Shown here: piece after piece, positions 1 to 8,971 of the stretch | Layout of the letters: each line of letters starts with the position of its first letter | Position numbering within the stretch: position 1 is the first letter of the stretch | Source of the DNA: Limisphaerales bacterium | Lineage (GTDB): Bacteria; Verrucomicrobiota; Verrucomicrobiia; Limisphaerales; SXTU01 | NCBI GenBank assembly: GCA_040081795.1 | Contig: JBEBFV010000001.1 | Location: 959-64,958, forward strand | Direction: 5' to 3' | Length of the DNA: 64,000 bases | Notes under the pieces: model-generated | Told to the model about the DNA's origin: nothing | Seen by the model: only the letters and a program-made list of their open reading frames with translations | The model's database searches: none | Position numbers and translations under genes: made by a program

Positions 1-519
1 CGCTACGCCGGCCCGCCGGTCGAGGGGCGCGTGGCCGTTGAGCGCACCGACTGGTGGAACAAGCTGCTCGCCGTGCCCGTGCCGCGCGTGGTGGTGATTC
101 AGGACGTGAGCGAGCGACCTGGCTTTGGCTCGTTCATCGGCGAGGTCCACGCGCGCGTGCTCCAGGCGCTCGGCTGCCAAGGCGTGGTGACAAACGGCTC
201 GGTGCATGACCTGCCGGGCATTGAGGCGGCGGGCTTCCGGCTCTTCGCCGGCAGCGTCGCGGTGTCGCACGCCTACGTTCACATCGTGGACTACGGCAAG
301 CCGGTCGAAATCGGCGGGCTGAAGGTGAATCCCGGCGACCTGCTCCACGCGGACCAACACGGGGTGCTCTCCGTGCCGCCGGAAATCGCCGCCGAAATCC
401 CCGCTACCGCCGAGCGACTGCTCGAACGCGAGCGCAAGGTGATTGAACTCTGTCGTTCCGGTGAGGCCAGCGTCGAGAAGCTGCGTGATGCCGTGAAAGG
501 AATCTTCCACGAGCCATGA
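1..519 (+). CDS. RraA-family (RraA / HMG-aldolase-like) protein, probably 5'-partial
   Basis: ORF 31..519 stays open in frame back to base 1. Segments VVVIQD..FGSFIGEVHA..GVVTNGSVHDL..FAGSVAVSH resemble the RraA fold family. The stop overlaps the next start (ATGA at 516-519). Confidence 0.55.
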   Translation, partial: RYAGPPVEGRVAVERTDWWNKLLAVPVPRVVVIQDVSERPGFGSFIGEVHARVLQALGCQGVVTNGSVHDLPGIEAAGFRLFAGSVAVSHAYVHIVDYGKPVEIGGLKVNPGDLLHADQHGVLSVPPEIAAEIPATAERLLERERKVIELCRSGEASVEKLRDAVKGIFHEP

Positions 520-3500
520 CGCGCTTCGCCCTGCGGTTCCCTTACCTGACCATTGTCGTCAGCCTCATCGTGTGCGTGGTGGGCGTGACGAGTTTGCTGC
601 GCCTGCCGGTGGACTTGTTTCCCGCCATCCGCATCCCGGTCGTGGTCGTCGCCACGTTCTACTCCGGCATGCCGCCGGAGCAGATTGAGAACTCCATCAC
701 CGGCCGCTTCGAGCGCTTCTTCACGCTGGCCAGCGGCATTGACCACATCGAGTCGCGCTCCTTGCCGGGCGTGAGCCTCATCAAGATTTACTTCCAGCCC
801 GGCACGAATCCCGACACCGCCGTCAGCACCATCGCAAACCTGGCGACGGCGAACTTGCGCCGCCTACCGCCCGGCACGCTGCCGCCGGTCGTGCTCAAGT
901 TCGACGCCTCCAGCCTCCCCGTCTGCCTCATCACGCTCAAGGGCGAGGGCCTCACGGAGACCGAACTCCGCGATACGGGCCAATACGCCGTGCGCAACCA
1001 GGTCGCCAACGTCCCCGGCGCGTCCGTCCCGCAGCCCTTCGGCGGGCGCTACCGTCAGATCATGGTCTATGTGGACCCGTTGAAGTTGGAGTCGCACCAG
1101 CTCTCCGTCATGGATGTCGTCCGCGCGGTGAACGACTCGAACCTCATCCTCCCCGCCGGCGACGTGCGCATCGGCCCGCTGAACTACAACATCTACGCAA
1201 ACAGCCAGCTCCGCGACGTGGCCGACGTAAGCCGCCTCCCGCTCAAGACCGTCGGCAAGTCCTCCGTGCTCGTCGCCGACGTGGGCGAGGCGAAGGACGC
1301 CTCGCAAATCCAGAACAACATCGTGCGCGTGGACGGCCAGCGCTCGGTGTATCTGCCCGTGCTCAAGCAGGGCGGCAGCACCATCGCGGTCGTCAATGGC
1401 GTGAAGGAGGCGGTCGCGGGCCTGCTCGACGTGCCGCAGCAGCTCGTCAGCAAGGTCGTCTTCGACCAGTCGCTCTTCGTGAAGAGCGCCATCAAGAACC
1501 TCACGCTCATCGGCGTCATCGGCCTGCTGCTGACCGGCCTGATGATTCTGATGTTCTTCGGCAGCGTGCGCGGCACGCTCGCGGTCTTCCTCTCGATTCC
1601 CATCTCCGTCCTGGCCGCATTCCTCGCGCTCAGTCTGGGCGACAACTCGGTGAACTCGATGGTCCTCGGCGGCTTCGCGCTGGCCTTCTCGCGCCTCATC
1701 AACAACTCCGTCGTCGTCATCGAGAACATTTTCCGCCTGCTCGAACTCGGCGAATCCCCCGAGGTCGCCGCCGAGAAGGGCGGCGAGCAGGTCGCCATGC
1801 CCGTGCTCGCTTCGTCGCTCGCGACCGCCGTGGTGTTCTTCCCGGTCATCTTCCTCTACGGGGTGAGCCAGTTCCTGTTCACCGCGCTGGCGCTGGCCGT
1901 GGTGTTCTCGCTCTTCGCCTCCTACGTCGTTGCGCTCACGGTGGTGCCGCTCTTCTGCGCGAAGATGCTCAAGCGTCCGGCCATCCGCGATGCCGCGCTC
2001 GCCTCGCGCAGTTGGGGCCAGCGCTTCAACGACAACTTCAAGCGTGGCTTTAACGGCCTGCTCAACGCCTATGAGCGCCTGCTCAACGTCGCGCTCCGGC
2101 TCCCGCGCATCACGGTCATCGCCAGCCTGCTGCTCTTCGCCGCGAGCCTCGCGATTTATCCGATGGTCGGCGTGTCCTACTTCCCGCGCACGGACCCCAG
2201 CCAGTTCCTCATCAACGTGAAGTCCCCGACCGGCACGCGCGTGGAAATCACCGAGAAGCTCATCGCGCAGGTCGAAGACATCATCCGGCAGGAGGTCGCG
2301 AAGGAAGACCTCGGCGTCATCGTGTCGAACATCGGCGTGCAGCCGGGGTTCAGCTCGATTTACACCAGCAACTCCGGCCACCACACCGCGTCCGTCCAAG
2401 TCAGCTTGAACGAGGGGCACAAGACCGGCAGCTACGCCTACATGGACCGCGTGCGCCGCCGCATCACGCAGGAACTGCCGCAGTTGAGCGTGTATCTGCA
2501 ATCCGGCGGCCTCGTGGACGCGGTGCTGAACCTCGGCCTGCCCGCGCCCATTGACATCCAAATCAGCGGCTCAAACCTCGAAGTGGCGCACCGCACTGCG
2601 CTGGAAATCGCCCGCAAAGTTCGCGCGCTTCAAGGCGTGAGCGACGTGCTGGTGCCGCAGGACATTGACCACCCGGCGCTCAAGCTCGAAGTCATCCGCG
2701 CGCGCGCCGCCGAGCTGGGGCTGACTTCCAAGGAGGTCGTGCAGAACGTCATCACTGCGCTGACCTCGGGCGCGATGATTGCCCCGAGCTACTTCGTGGA
2801 CCCGCGCAACGGCAACGACTACCTGCTCACCGTGCAATACCAGGAGGGTTACGTGAAAAACATGGCGGACTTGGGGTCCATCCCGATGCGCTCGCCGAAG
2901 GGGCTGCGCACCGCGCGGCTGGATGCGATGAGCGAGTTCCACAACGCCTACGCCCCGACCGAGGTGGACCACTACCAGCTCCGCCGCGTCATCAACGTCT
3001 ATGTCGCGCCTGCTGGCGAGGACCTCGGCGCGGTGGTCAAGGATGTGAACCGCATCCTCGCGGAGACGGAGATTCCCGCCGGCCTGACGGTGACGTTGCG
3101 CGGCATGGTGCATGGGATGAACTCGTCGTTCAAAAGCTTCGGCCTCGGGCTGATTCTGGCGGTGGTGCTGGTGTATTTGATTCTGGTCGCGCAGTTCCAG
3201 TCGTTCCTTGACCCGCTCATCATCCTGCTGGCGGTGCCGTCGGCGTTGTCCGGCGTGCTCGTGCTGCTCGCGTCCACTGGCACAACGCTCAACATCATGT
3301 CGCTGATGGGCGTGGTGATGGTGGTGGGCATCGTGGTGGCGAACAGCATCCTCATTGTCGAGTTCGTCCGCCGTCTGCGGGAGGACCGGATGCCCGTGCG
3401 CGAGGCGCTCGTGCTGGCCTGCCGCGTCCGCCTGCGGCCCGTGGTCATCACGTCGCTGGCCACGCTCATGGGGCTGCTCCCGATGGCCGCCAAGTTCGGC

Positions 3501-3665
3501 ACCGGCAGCGAAGCCTATGCGCCGCTCGCGCTCGCCATCATCGGCGGGCTGACCTGTTCGCTGGTGCAAACCATCTTCATCGTCCCCGCCGCGTATCTCC
3601 TCGCGCACCGTCGGGAGGACGAGACGAATGGCGCGGCCCAAGTAGCGGAGGTTTCGGCGGCATGA
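516..3665 (+). CDS. RND efflux transporter permease (AcrB/CzcA superfamily), paralog 1
   Basis: 1049-aa ORF of typical RND length, with a 12-TM-like hydrophobic pattern and two large periplasmic loops. The N-terminus RFALRFPYLTIVVSLIV and repeated VVANSILIVEF-type motifs are characteristic. Confidence 0.9.
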   Translation: MTRFALRFPYLTIVVSLIVCVVGVTSLLRLPVDLFPAIRIPVVVVATFYSGMPPEQIENSITGRFERFFTLASGIDHIESRSLPGVSLIKIYFQPGTNPDTAVSTIANLATANLRRLPPGTLPPVVLKFDASSLPVCLITLKGEGLTETELRDTGQYAVRNQVANVPGASVPQPFGGRYRQIMVYVDPLKLESHQLSVMDVVRAVNDSNLILPAGDVRIGPLNYNIYANSQLRDVADVSRLPLKTVGKSSVLVADVGEAKDASQIQNNIVRVDGQRSVYLPVLKQGGSTIAVVNGVKEAVAGLLDVPQQLVSKVVFDQSLFVKSAIKNLTLIGVIGLLLTGLMILMFFGSVRGTLAVFLSIPISVLAAFLALSLGDNSVNSMVLGGFALAFSRLINNSVVVIENIFRLLELGESPEVAAEKGGEQVAMPVLASSLATAVVFFPVIFLYGVSQFLFTALALAVVFSLFASYVVALTVVPLFCAKMLKRPAIRDAALASRSWGQRFNDNFKRGFNGLLNAYERLLNVALRLPRITVIASLLLFAASLAIYPMVGVSYFPRTDPSQFLINVKSPTGTRVEITEKLIAQVEDIIRQEVAKEDLGVIVSNIGVQPGFSSIYTSNSGHHTASVQVSLNEGHKTGSYAYMDRVRRRITQELPQLSVYLQSGGLVDAVLNLGLPAPIDIQISGSNLEVAHRTALEIARKVRALQGVSDVLVPQDIDHPALKLEVIRARAAELGLTSKEVVQNVITALTSGAMIAPSYFVDPRNGNDYLLTVQYQEGYVKNMADLGSIPMRSPKGLRTARLDAMSEFHNAYAPTEVDHYQLRRVINVYVAPAGEDLGAVVKDVNRILAETEIPAGLTVTLRGMVHGMNSSFKSFGLGLILAVVLVYLILVAQFQSFLDPLIILLAVPSALSGVLVLLASTGTTLNIMSLMGVVMVVGIVVANSILIVEFVRRLREDRMPVREALVLACRVRLRPVVITSLATLMGLLPMAAKFGTGSEAYAPLALAIIGGLTCSLVQTIFIVPAAYLLAHRREDETNGAAQVAEVSAA

Positions 3666-3684
3666 GATGGGAAGTGCCAGCCCA

Positions 3685-3900
3685 GAATCCCAACGGGATT
3701 CCGTCCTCCAGCCCAGGGTTGGCGCGGAGCGCCTACCCTGGGAAGGTCACGCAACACGTCACAACCCCAACGGGGTTGTGGCCCGGTTGCCAGCCGCCCA
3801 GCCACAACCCCGTTGGGGTTGGCGTGCCAATGGATTCCGTTTCCCAGGGTAGCTCGTTCCTCGCAACCCAGGGCTGGAGGCCGGAATCCCGTTGGGATTC
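3685..3900. repeat. ~215-bp compound palindromic intergenic element (two head-to-head ~97-bp units)
   Basis: The left arm GAATCCCAACGGGATTCCGTCCTCCAGCCCAGGGTTG..CTACCCTGGGAA..CACAACCCCAACGGGGTTGTGG is mirrored by the reverse complement at 3801-3900 with a few mismatches. Each unit also contains its own short hairpins. Confidence 0.8.
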
Positions 3901-3930
3901 GCCGTTCCTGCCCCACCCCCGGAGGCCCGC

Positions 3931-6900
3931 GTGACGCGCTTCGCTCTCCGCTATCCGTATCTCACGGTGGTGCTTTGCCTCATCACCTGCGTCGTGGGCG
4001 TCACCAGCCTGCTGCGGCTGCCGGTGGATTTGTTCCCCGCCATCCGCATCCCGGTCGTCGTGGTCGCCACGTTCTATTCCGGCATGCCGCCGGAGCAGAT
4101 TGAGAACTCCATCACGGGCCGGTTCGAGCGCTTCTTCACGCTGGCCAGCGGCATCGAGCACATCGAATCGCGGTCACTGCCCGGCGTGAGCCTCATCAAA
4201 GTTTACTTCCAGCCCGGCACCGACCCGGACACGGCGGTCAGCACCATTGCCAACCTCGCCACCGCGAACCTCCGCCGGCTCCCTCCCGGCACGCTACCGC
4301 CGGTCGTGCTCAAGTTCGACGCCTCCAGCCTGCCCGTCTGCCTCATCACGCTCAAGGGCGACGGCATGACCGAGACGCAGCTCCGCGACACCGGCCAATA
4401 CGCCGTCCGCAACCAGGTCGCCAACGTCCCCGGCGCCTCCGTCCCGCAGCCCTTCGGCGGGCGCTACCGCCAAATCATGGTCTATGTGGACCCGCTCAAG
4501 CTCGAAGCGCACCACATGGGCGTGATGGACGTGGTGCGCGCGGTCAACGACTCGAACCTGATTCTTCCCGCCGGTGACGTGCGCATCATGCCGCTCAACT
4601 ACAACATTTACGCGAACAGCCAGCTCCGCGACGTGGTGGACGTGAACCGCCTGCCGCTCCGCACGGAAGGCAAGTCCTCCATCCTCGTCGGCGATGTCGG
4701 CGAGGCCCGTGACGCCGCGCAAATCCAGAACAACGTCGTCCGCATTGACGGCCAGCGCTCCGTCTATCTCCCGGTGCTCAAGCAGGGCGGCGACGCCAAC
4801 ACCATCGCCGTGGTGGACGGCATCAAGGCCTCGCTCAAGAACCTGCTCGATGTGCCGGAGTCGCTCGTCGCCAAGGTTGTCTTCGACCAGTCCATCTTCG
4901 TCCGCAACGCCATCACCAACCTCATCCACGAGGGGGCCATCGGCCTCGTGCTCACCGGCGCGCTCATTCTCATTTTCCTCGGCAGCATGAGGGCGACGGT
5001 CGCCGTATTCCTGTCCATCCCGCTCTCGACGCTGGCCACGTTTATCGCGCTGGCGATGAGCGACAACACGGTCAACTCCATGATTCTCGGCGGACTGGCG
5101 CTGGCCTTCTCCCGCCTGATTGACAACTCCGTCGTCGTTCTCGAAAACATCTTCCGCCACATCGAGCTGGGCGAAACGCCCGCCGTCGCCGCCCAGAAAG
5201 GCGGACAGGAAATGGCGCTGCCCGTGCTGGCCGCGACGCTCACGACGGTCGTGGTGTTCTTCCCCGTCACGTTCCTCTACGGCGTGAGCCGCTTCCTGTT
5301 CACCGCGCTGGCGTTGTCCGTGATGCTCTCGCTCTTCGCCTCGTATGTCGTCGCGCTGACCGTCGTTCCGCTCTTCTGCGCCAAGCTCATCAAGGGCCAC
5401 AAGCCCGACCACGACCCGAGCGAGGGCGGCGGCTTCAACCACTGGTTCAATGTGAAGTTCCACAACATGCTCAACGGCTACGAGCGCGTGCTGGGCTGGT
5501 CGCTGCTGCGGCCTGCTGCGACGGTCTTCGGCATCCTCGCCATTTTCGTCCTAAGCCTCGGCGTGTATCCGCTGATGGGCGTCGCCTACTTCCCGCGCAC
5601 GGACCCCGGCCAGTTCGTCATCAACCTGAAGACCCCGACCGGCACGCGGGTGGACATCACCGAGCTGTATGTGAAGCAGGTCGAGGACATCATCCGCGAG
5701 GAGGTGGCGAAGGATGAGCTGGGCGTCATCGTGGCGAACATCGGCGTGCAACCCGGCTTCAGCTCGATTTACACGAGCAACTCCGGGCATCACACGGCCA
5801 CTTTGCAGGTGAGCCTCAACGCGAAGCACAAGGTCGGCAGCTACGACTACATGGACCGCATCCGCCGCCGCGTCCGCAACGAGCTGCCGCAGCTCACGGC
5901 TTACTTCCAATCCGGCGGCCTCGTGGACGCAGTGTTGAACCTCGGCCTGCCCGCGCCCATTGACATCCAGGTGAGCGGCTCCGACCTGCAACTGGCGCAT
6001 CGCACGGCGTCCGAGATTGCCCGCAAGGTCCGCGAGCTGCCCGGCGTGAGCGACGTGCTGGTGCCGCAGGACATTGACCAGCCCGCGCTTCAGTTGGAGG
6101 TGGACCGCGCGCGCGCCGCCGAGCTGGGGCTGACTTCCAAGGAGGTCGTGCAGAACGTCATCACCGCGCTCACGTCCGGCGCGATGATTGCGCCGAGCTA
6201 CTTCGTGGACCCGCGCAACGGCAACGACTACCTGCTCACCGTGCAATACAACGAGGGTTACGTGAAAAACTTCGCCGACCTCCAGGCCATCCCCATCCGC
6301 TCGCCGATGCAGACCAAGCCGACGCGCCTCGACGCCGTGAGCCGCATCCACAACAGCTACGCGCCAACCGAGGTTAACCACTACCAGCTCCGCCGGGTCA
6401 TCAACGTCTATGTCGCGCCCGCCAAGGAAGACCTGGGCCAGGTGGTGAAGGGCGTCGAGCAAGTCCTCGCCGAAACGGAAATCCCGGCGGGCCTGCGCGT
6501 CACGCTGCGCGGCATGGTGCAGGGGATGAACTCGTCGTTCAAAAGCTTCGGCCTCGGGCTGATTCTCTCCGTGCTGCTGGTTTATCTCATTCTCGTGGCG
6601 CAGTTCCAGTCGTGGATTGACCCCATCCTCATCCTGTTGGCCGTGCCCACCGGTTTGACCGGCGTGCTGCTGCTGCTCTACTTCACCGGCACGACCCTGA
6701 ACGTCATGTCGCTCATGGGCATCGTGATGATGGTCGGCATCGTGGTGTCGAACAGCATCCTCATCGTCGAGTTCACGCACCGGCTGCGCGAGGACGGCAA
6801 GACCGTGCGGGAGGCCGTCACGTTGGCCTGCCGGGTCCGCCTGCGTCCGGTGCTGATGACCTCGCTCGCCACGCTCATCGGCCTGCTGCCGATGGCGCTC

Positions 6901-7059
6901 AAGCTCGGCACTGGCAGCGAAGCCTACGCGCCGCTCGCGCTCGCCATCATCGGCGGGCTGGCGGTGTCCGTGGTGCTCACCGTGTTCATCGTCCCGGCGG
7001 CGTATCTGCTGGTCTATGGGCGGAAGGAACAGGCGGCTGAGGCAACTCCTGCAACTTGA
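3931..7059 (+). CDS. RND efflux transporter permease, paralog 2 (tandem duplicate)
   Basis: The ORF track starts at 3892 inside the repeat element. GTG at 3931 (VTRFALRYPYL) aligns with the start of paralog 1. The two proteins are highly similar over their full length. Confidence 0.9.
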   Translation: MTRFALRYPYLTVVLCLITCVVGVTSLLRLPVDLFPAIRIPVVVVATFYSGMPPEQIENSITGRFERFFTLASGIEHIESRSLPGVSLIKVYFQPGTDPDTAVSTIANLATANLRRLPPGTLPPVVLKFDASSLPVCLITLKGDGMTETQLRDTGQYAVRNQVANVPGASVPQPFGGRYRQIMVYVDPLKLEAHHMGVMDVVRAVNDSNLILPAGDVRIMPLNYNIYANSQLRDVVDVNRLPLRTEGKSSILVGDVGEARDAAQIQNNVVRIDGQRSVYLPVLKQGGDANTIAVVDGIKASLKNLLDVPESLVAKVVFDQSIFVRNAITNLIHEGAIGLVLTGALILIFLGSMRATVAVFLSIPLSTLATFIALAMSDNTVNSMILGGLALAFSRLIDNSVVVLENIFRHIELGETPAVAAQKGGQEMALPVLAATLTTVVVFFPVTFLYGVSRFLFTALALSVMLSLFASYVVALTVVPLFCAKLIKGHKPDHDPSEGGGFNHWFNVKFHNMLNGYERVLGWSLLRPAATVFGILAIFVLSLGVYPLMGVAYFPRTDPGQFVINLKTPTGTRVDITELYVKQVEDIIREEVAKDELGVIVANIGVQPGFSSIYTSNSGHHTATLQVSLNAKHKVGSYDYMDRIRRRVRNELPQLTAYFQSGGLVDAVLNLGLPAPIDIQVSGSDLQLAHRTASEIARKVRELPGVSDVLVPQDIDQPALQLEVDRARAAELGLTSKEVVQNVITALTSGAMIAPSYFVDPRNGNDYLLTVQYNEGYVKNFADLQAIPIRSPMQTKPTRLDAVSRIHNSYAPTEVNHYQLRRVINVYVAPAKEDLGQVVKGVEQVLAETEIPAGLRVTLRGMVQGMNSSFKSFGLGLILSVLLVYLILVAQFQSWIDPILILLAVPTGLTGVLLLLYFTGTTLNVMSLMGIVMMVGIVVSNSILIVEFTHRLREDGKTVREAVTLACRVRLRPVLMTSLATLIGLLPMALKLGTGSEAYAPLALAIIGGLAVSVVLTVFIVPAAYLLVYGRKEQAAEATPAT

Positions 7060-7074
7060 TTGCGATGAAACCAA

Positions 7075-7280
7075 TTCCAAATCCCAAGCTCCAAGCTCCA
7101 AAGAAGCTCCAAATCCCAAGCGCCGAAGAACGGAGCGCCGAGCATTGCTCGGCAGGTGGTGGCGGACGCATCGAAGCCGAGCAATGCTCGGCGCTCCGCT
7201 ACGTCAGTGTGTTTCGCCTTTGTAGCTTGGTGCTTGGAGCTTGGTGTTTGTTTGGAGCTTGGAGCTTGGAGCTTGGAGCT
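7075..7280. repeat. Nested inverted-repeat element built from CCAAGCT/AGCTTGG heptamer runs around a perfect 21-bp stem
   Basis: GGAGCGCCGAGCATTGCTCGG (7132-7152) pairs perfectly with CCGAGCAATGCTCGGCGCTCC (7177-7197). It is flanked by CCAAGCTCCAAGCTCCAAA (left) and four tandem TTGGAGC heptamers (7253-7280, right). Confidence 0.75.
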
Positions 7281-8501
7281 TCTGAAAAGCTCACCCTGAA
7301 AGAAGCCCGCGACCTCGCCCTCCGCCAGCACCCGCGCATTACCGCCGCCGAGTTCAAAGCCCTCGCCGCGAAGCAGGCCGTCCTCCAAACCCGCGCCGCG
7401 CTCCTGCCCGCCTTCAGCCTGAACGCCGTTGCGGTCGGCGCGGCGGACCCGAATACACGCCTGACTGCCGGTGGCGGCTTGAACAACCCCACCGTCATCG
7501 AGCGCGCCGCCGGCGGCCTCTCCATCAGCCAGCTCATCACCGACTTCGGCCGCACCGACAACCTGCTCGGTGGCGCGAAGGACAAGGCCCGTGCCGAAGA
7601 AGCCAGCACCGACACCGCGCGCGCCCAGCTCCTCCTCGCCGTGAGTGCGACGTATTTCAGTGCGCAACAGGCACAGTCCGTCCTGCGCGTCGTGGACCAG
7701 ACTGTCACCAACCGCCAGACCTTGCTCGACCAAGTCAGCGCGCTGGCGAAAAACCAGTTGAAGTCCGACCTCGACGTGAGCTTCGCCCGCGTGTCGCTGG
7801 AGGAGGCGCGCCTCCTGCAACTCCGCGCCCGCAACGACCTCGACGCCAGCTTCACCTCTCTCGACACGCTGCTCGGTGGCCGCGAGCCGCGCCGTTACGA
7901 CCTCGTGGAGGAAGTCCTGCCCGCCGACCTGCCCAACGATTCCTCGCCGCTCGTGGCCGACGCGTTGCGGTTGCGTCCCGAACTGGCGCGCCTCCGCGCC
8001 GAGCGGGACGGGGCGCTGAAGCTGGCGCGTGCCGACAAGGCCCTGCACTATCCGACTCTCAGCGCGCTCGCCGGCGTCGGCTACACGCCCGTCCACGACA
8101 CGCGCCTGGAAGACACTTACGCCTCCGCCGGTCTCGTCCTGAGCCTCCCGCTCTTCAGCGGCGGACGCGACACCGCCCGCCAGAAGGAAGCCGAGCTGAA
8201 AGCCAAGGCCGCCGAGGAAGGGCTGAAGGACGAGGAGAACAACGTCATCCGCGATGTGCGGCTCGCCTTGCTGCGCGCGCAGCACGCCCACGAACGCCTC
8301 GCCCTCACCGCGAAGCTCCTCGCCCACGCCCGGACCGCGAACGACCTCGCCGTCGCCCGCTACAAGCTCGGAGCCAGCAGCATCACCGAACTCAATCAGG
8401 CCCAGCTCAACCTCACCGCCGCCGAAATCACCCAGGCCACGGCAAAATTCGACTATCTTCTCCAGCGTGCGGTTTTGGATTTCCAGTGCGGCCTGAATTG
8501 A
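7209..8501 (+). CDS. TolC-family outer membrane efflux protein
   Basis: The mature part LTLKEARDLALRQHPRI.. with coiled-coil/beta-barrel repeat halves is typical of OEP/TolC. The ORF-track start 7056 lies in the repeat element. In-frame GTG 7209 would give a signal-peptide-like VFRLCSLVLGAWCLFGAWSLELGA. The start remains uncertain. Confidence 0.8.
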   Translation: MFRLCSLVLGAWCLFGAWSLELGASEKLTLKEARDLALRQHPRITAAEFKALAAKQAVLQTRAALLPAFSLNAVAVGAADPNTRLTAGGGLNNPTVIERAAGGLSISQLITDFGRTDNLLGGAKDKARAEEASTDTARAQLLLAVSATYFSAQQAQSVLRVVDQTVTNRQTLLDQVSALAKNQLKSDLDVSFARVSLEEARLLQLRARNDLDASFTSLDTLLGGREPRRYDLVEEVLPADLPNDSSPLVADALRLRPELARLRAERDGALKLARADKALHYPTLSALAGVGYTPVHDTRLEDTYASAGLVLSLPLFSGGRDTARQKEAELKAKAAEEGLKDEENNVIRDVRLALLRAQHAHERLALTAKLLAHARTANDLAVARYKLGASSITELNQAQLNLTAAEITQATAKFDYLLQRAVLDFQCGLN

Positions 8502-8971
8502 CCATGAGGTCGAACTCTGCCGCCGATTCGCCGGGATGAACCTATGTCGAGGCTGGCTGGGCCGCCGCGAGCGGTGCATTCACCATGAAGCAAAGCACTT
8601 GCATAGCTATGTTGCTGGGCGACACGAAGCGATTTCAGGCAGTCGCAACTTTGTTGTCATCGCTGACAAGCAAGGGCGGCGATCCTTTGCAAGAGCAGCA
8701 TCGCCAAGCGTGGCCTAAACGTCAGCGAACCGCCGAAGCACTAAGCTGGCTGCACCCCTGCAAACATCGATTTCCAGTAGGCCAGCCAAGATCAGCGTCG
8801 CCCACACGGGGAAGGGACGCCGGAGGGCGAGTTGCGATTGTCGAACTGACTGAGCTTCGCAACACGGACTCTTCTGATCGGCCTCACCAATGGCCAGTCG
8901 CTCGTGGTCATTGACTTGAAGAAGCCCGGCGAGCGAGCTCGTGCGGTGTTCGACAAAACCCTGACACAAGC

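Noticed and set aside
864-3641. Long minus-strand ORFs (864..2561, 2571..3641, 1193..1849) inside RND paralog 1
   Set aside because: These are antisense shadow ORFs of a GC-rich gene. Their translations are low-complexity (R/E/D/H/G-rich) with no motifs, while the plus-strand RND reading is unambiguous.
3515-4161. Cluster of 60-140-aa ORFs on both strands across the RND intergenic region
   Set aside because: They are generated by the palindromic repeat element. Mirror-image peptides appear on both strands, which is typical of repeat-derived spurious ORFs.
7056-7208. ORF-track start of the TolC-like gene at 7056 (MIAMKPIPNPKLQAPKK..)
   Set aside because: This N-terminal extension is translated from the microsatellite/hairpin element and has no signal-peptide character. 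A downstream start is more plausible, though unproven.
7253-7280. Tandem TTGGAGC repeats considered as a possible CRISPR or other array
   Set aside because: The 7-bp period has no spacers and is part of an inverted-repeat element. No CRISPR-like repeat-spacer structure exists anywhere in the window.
4294-8579. Long minus-strand ORFs (4294..5463, 5551..7119, 7014..8579) opposite RND paralog 2 and tolC
   Set aside because: The same shadow-ORF pattern, and they overlap well-supported plus-strand genes.
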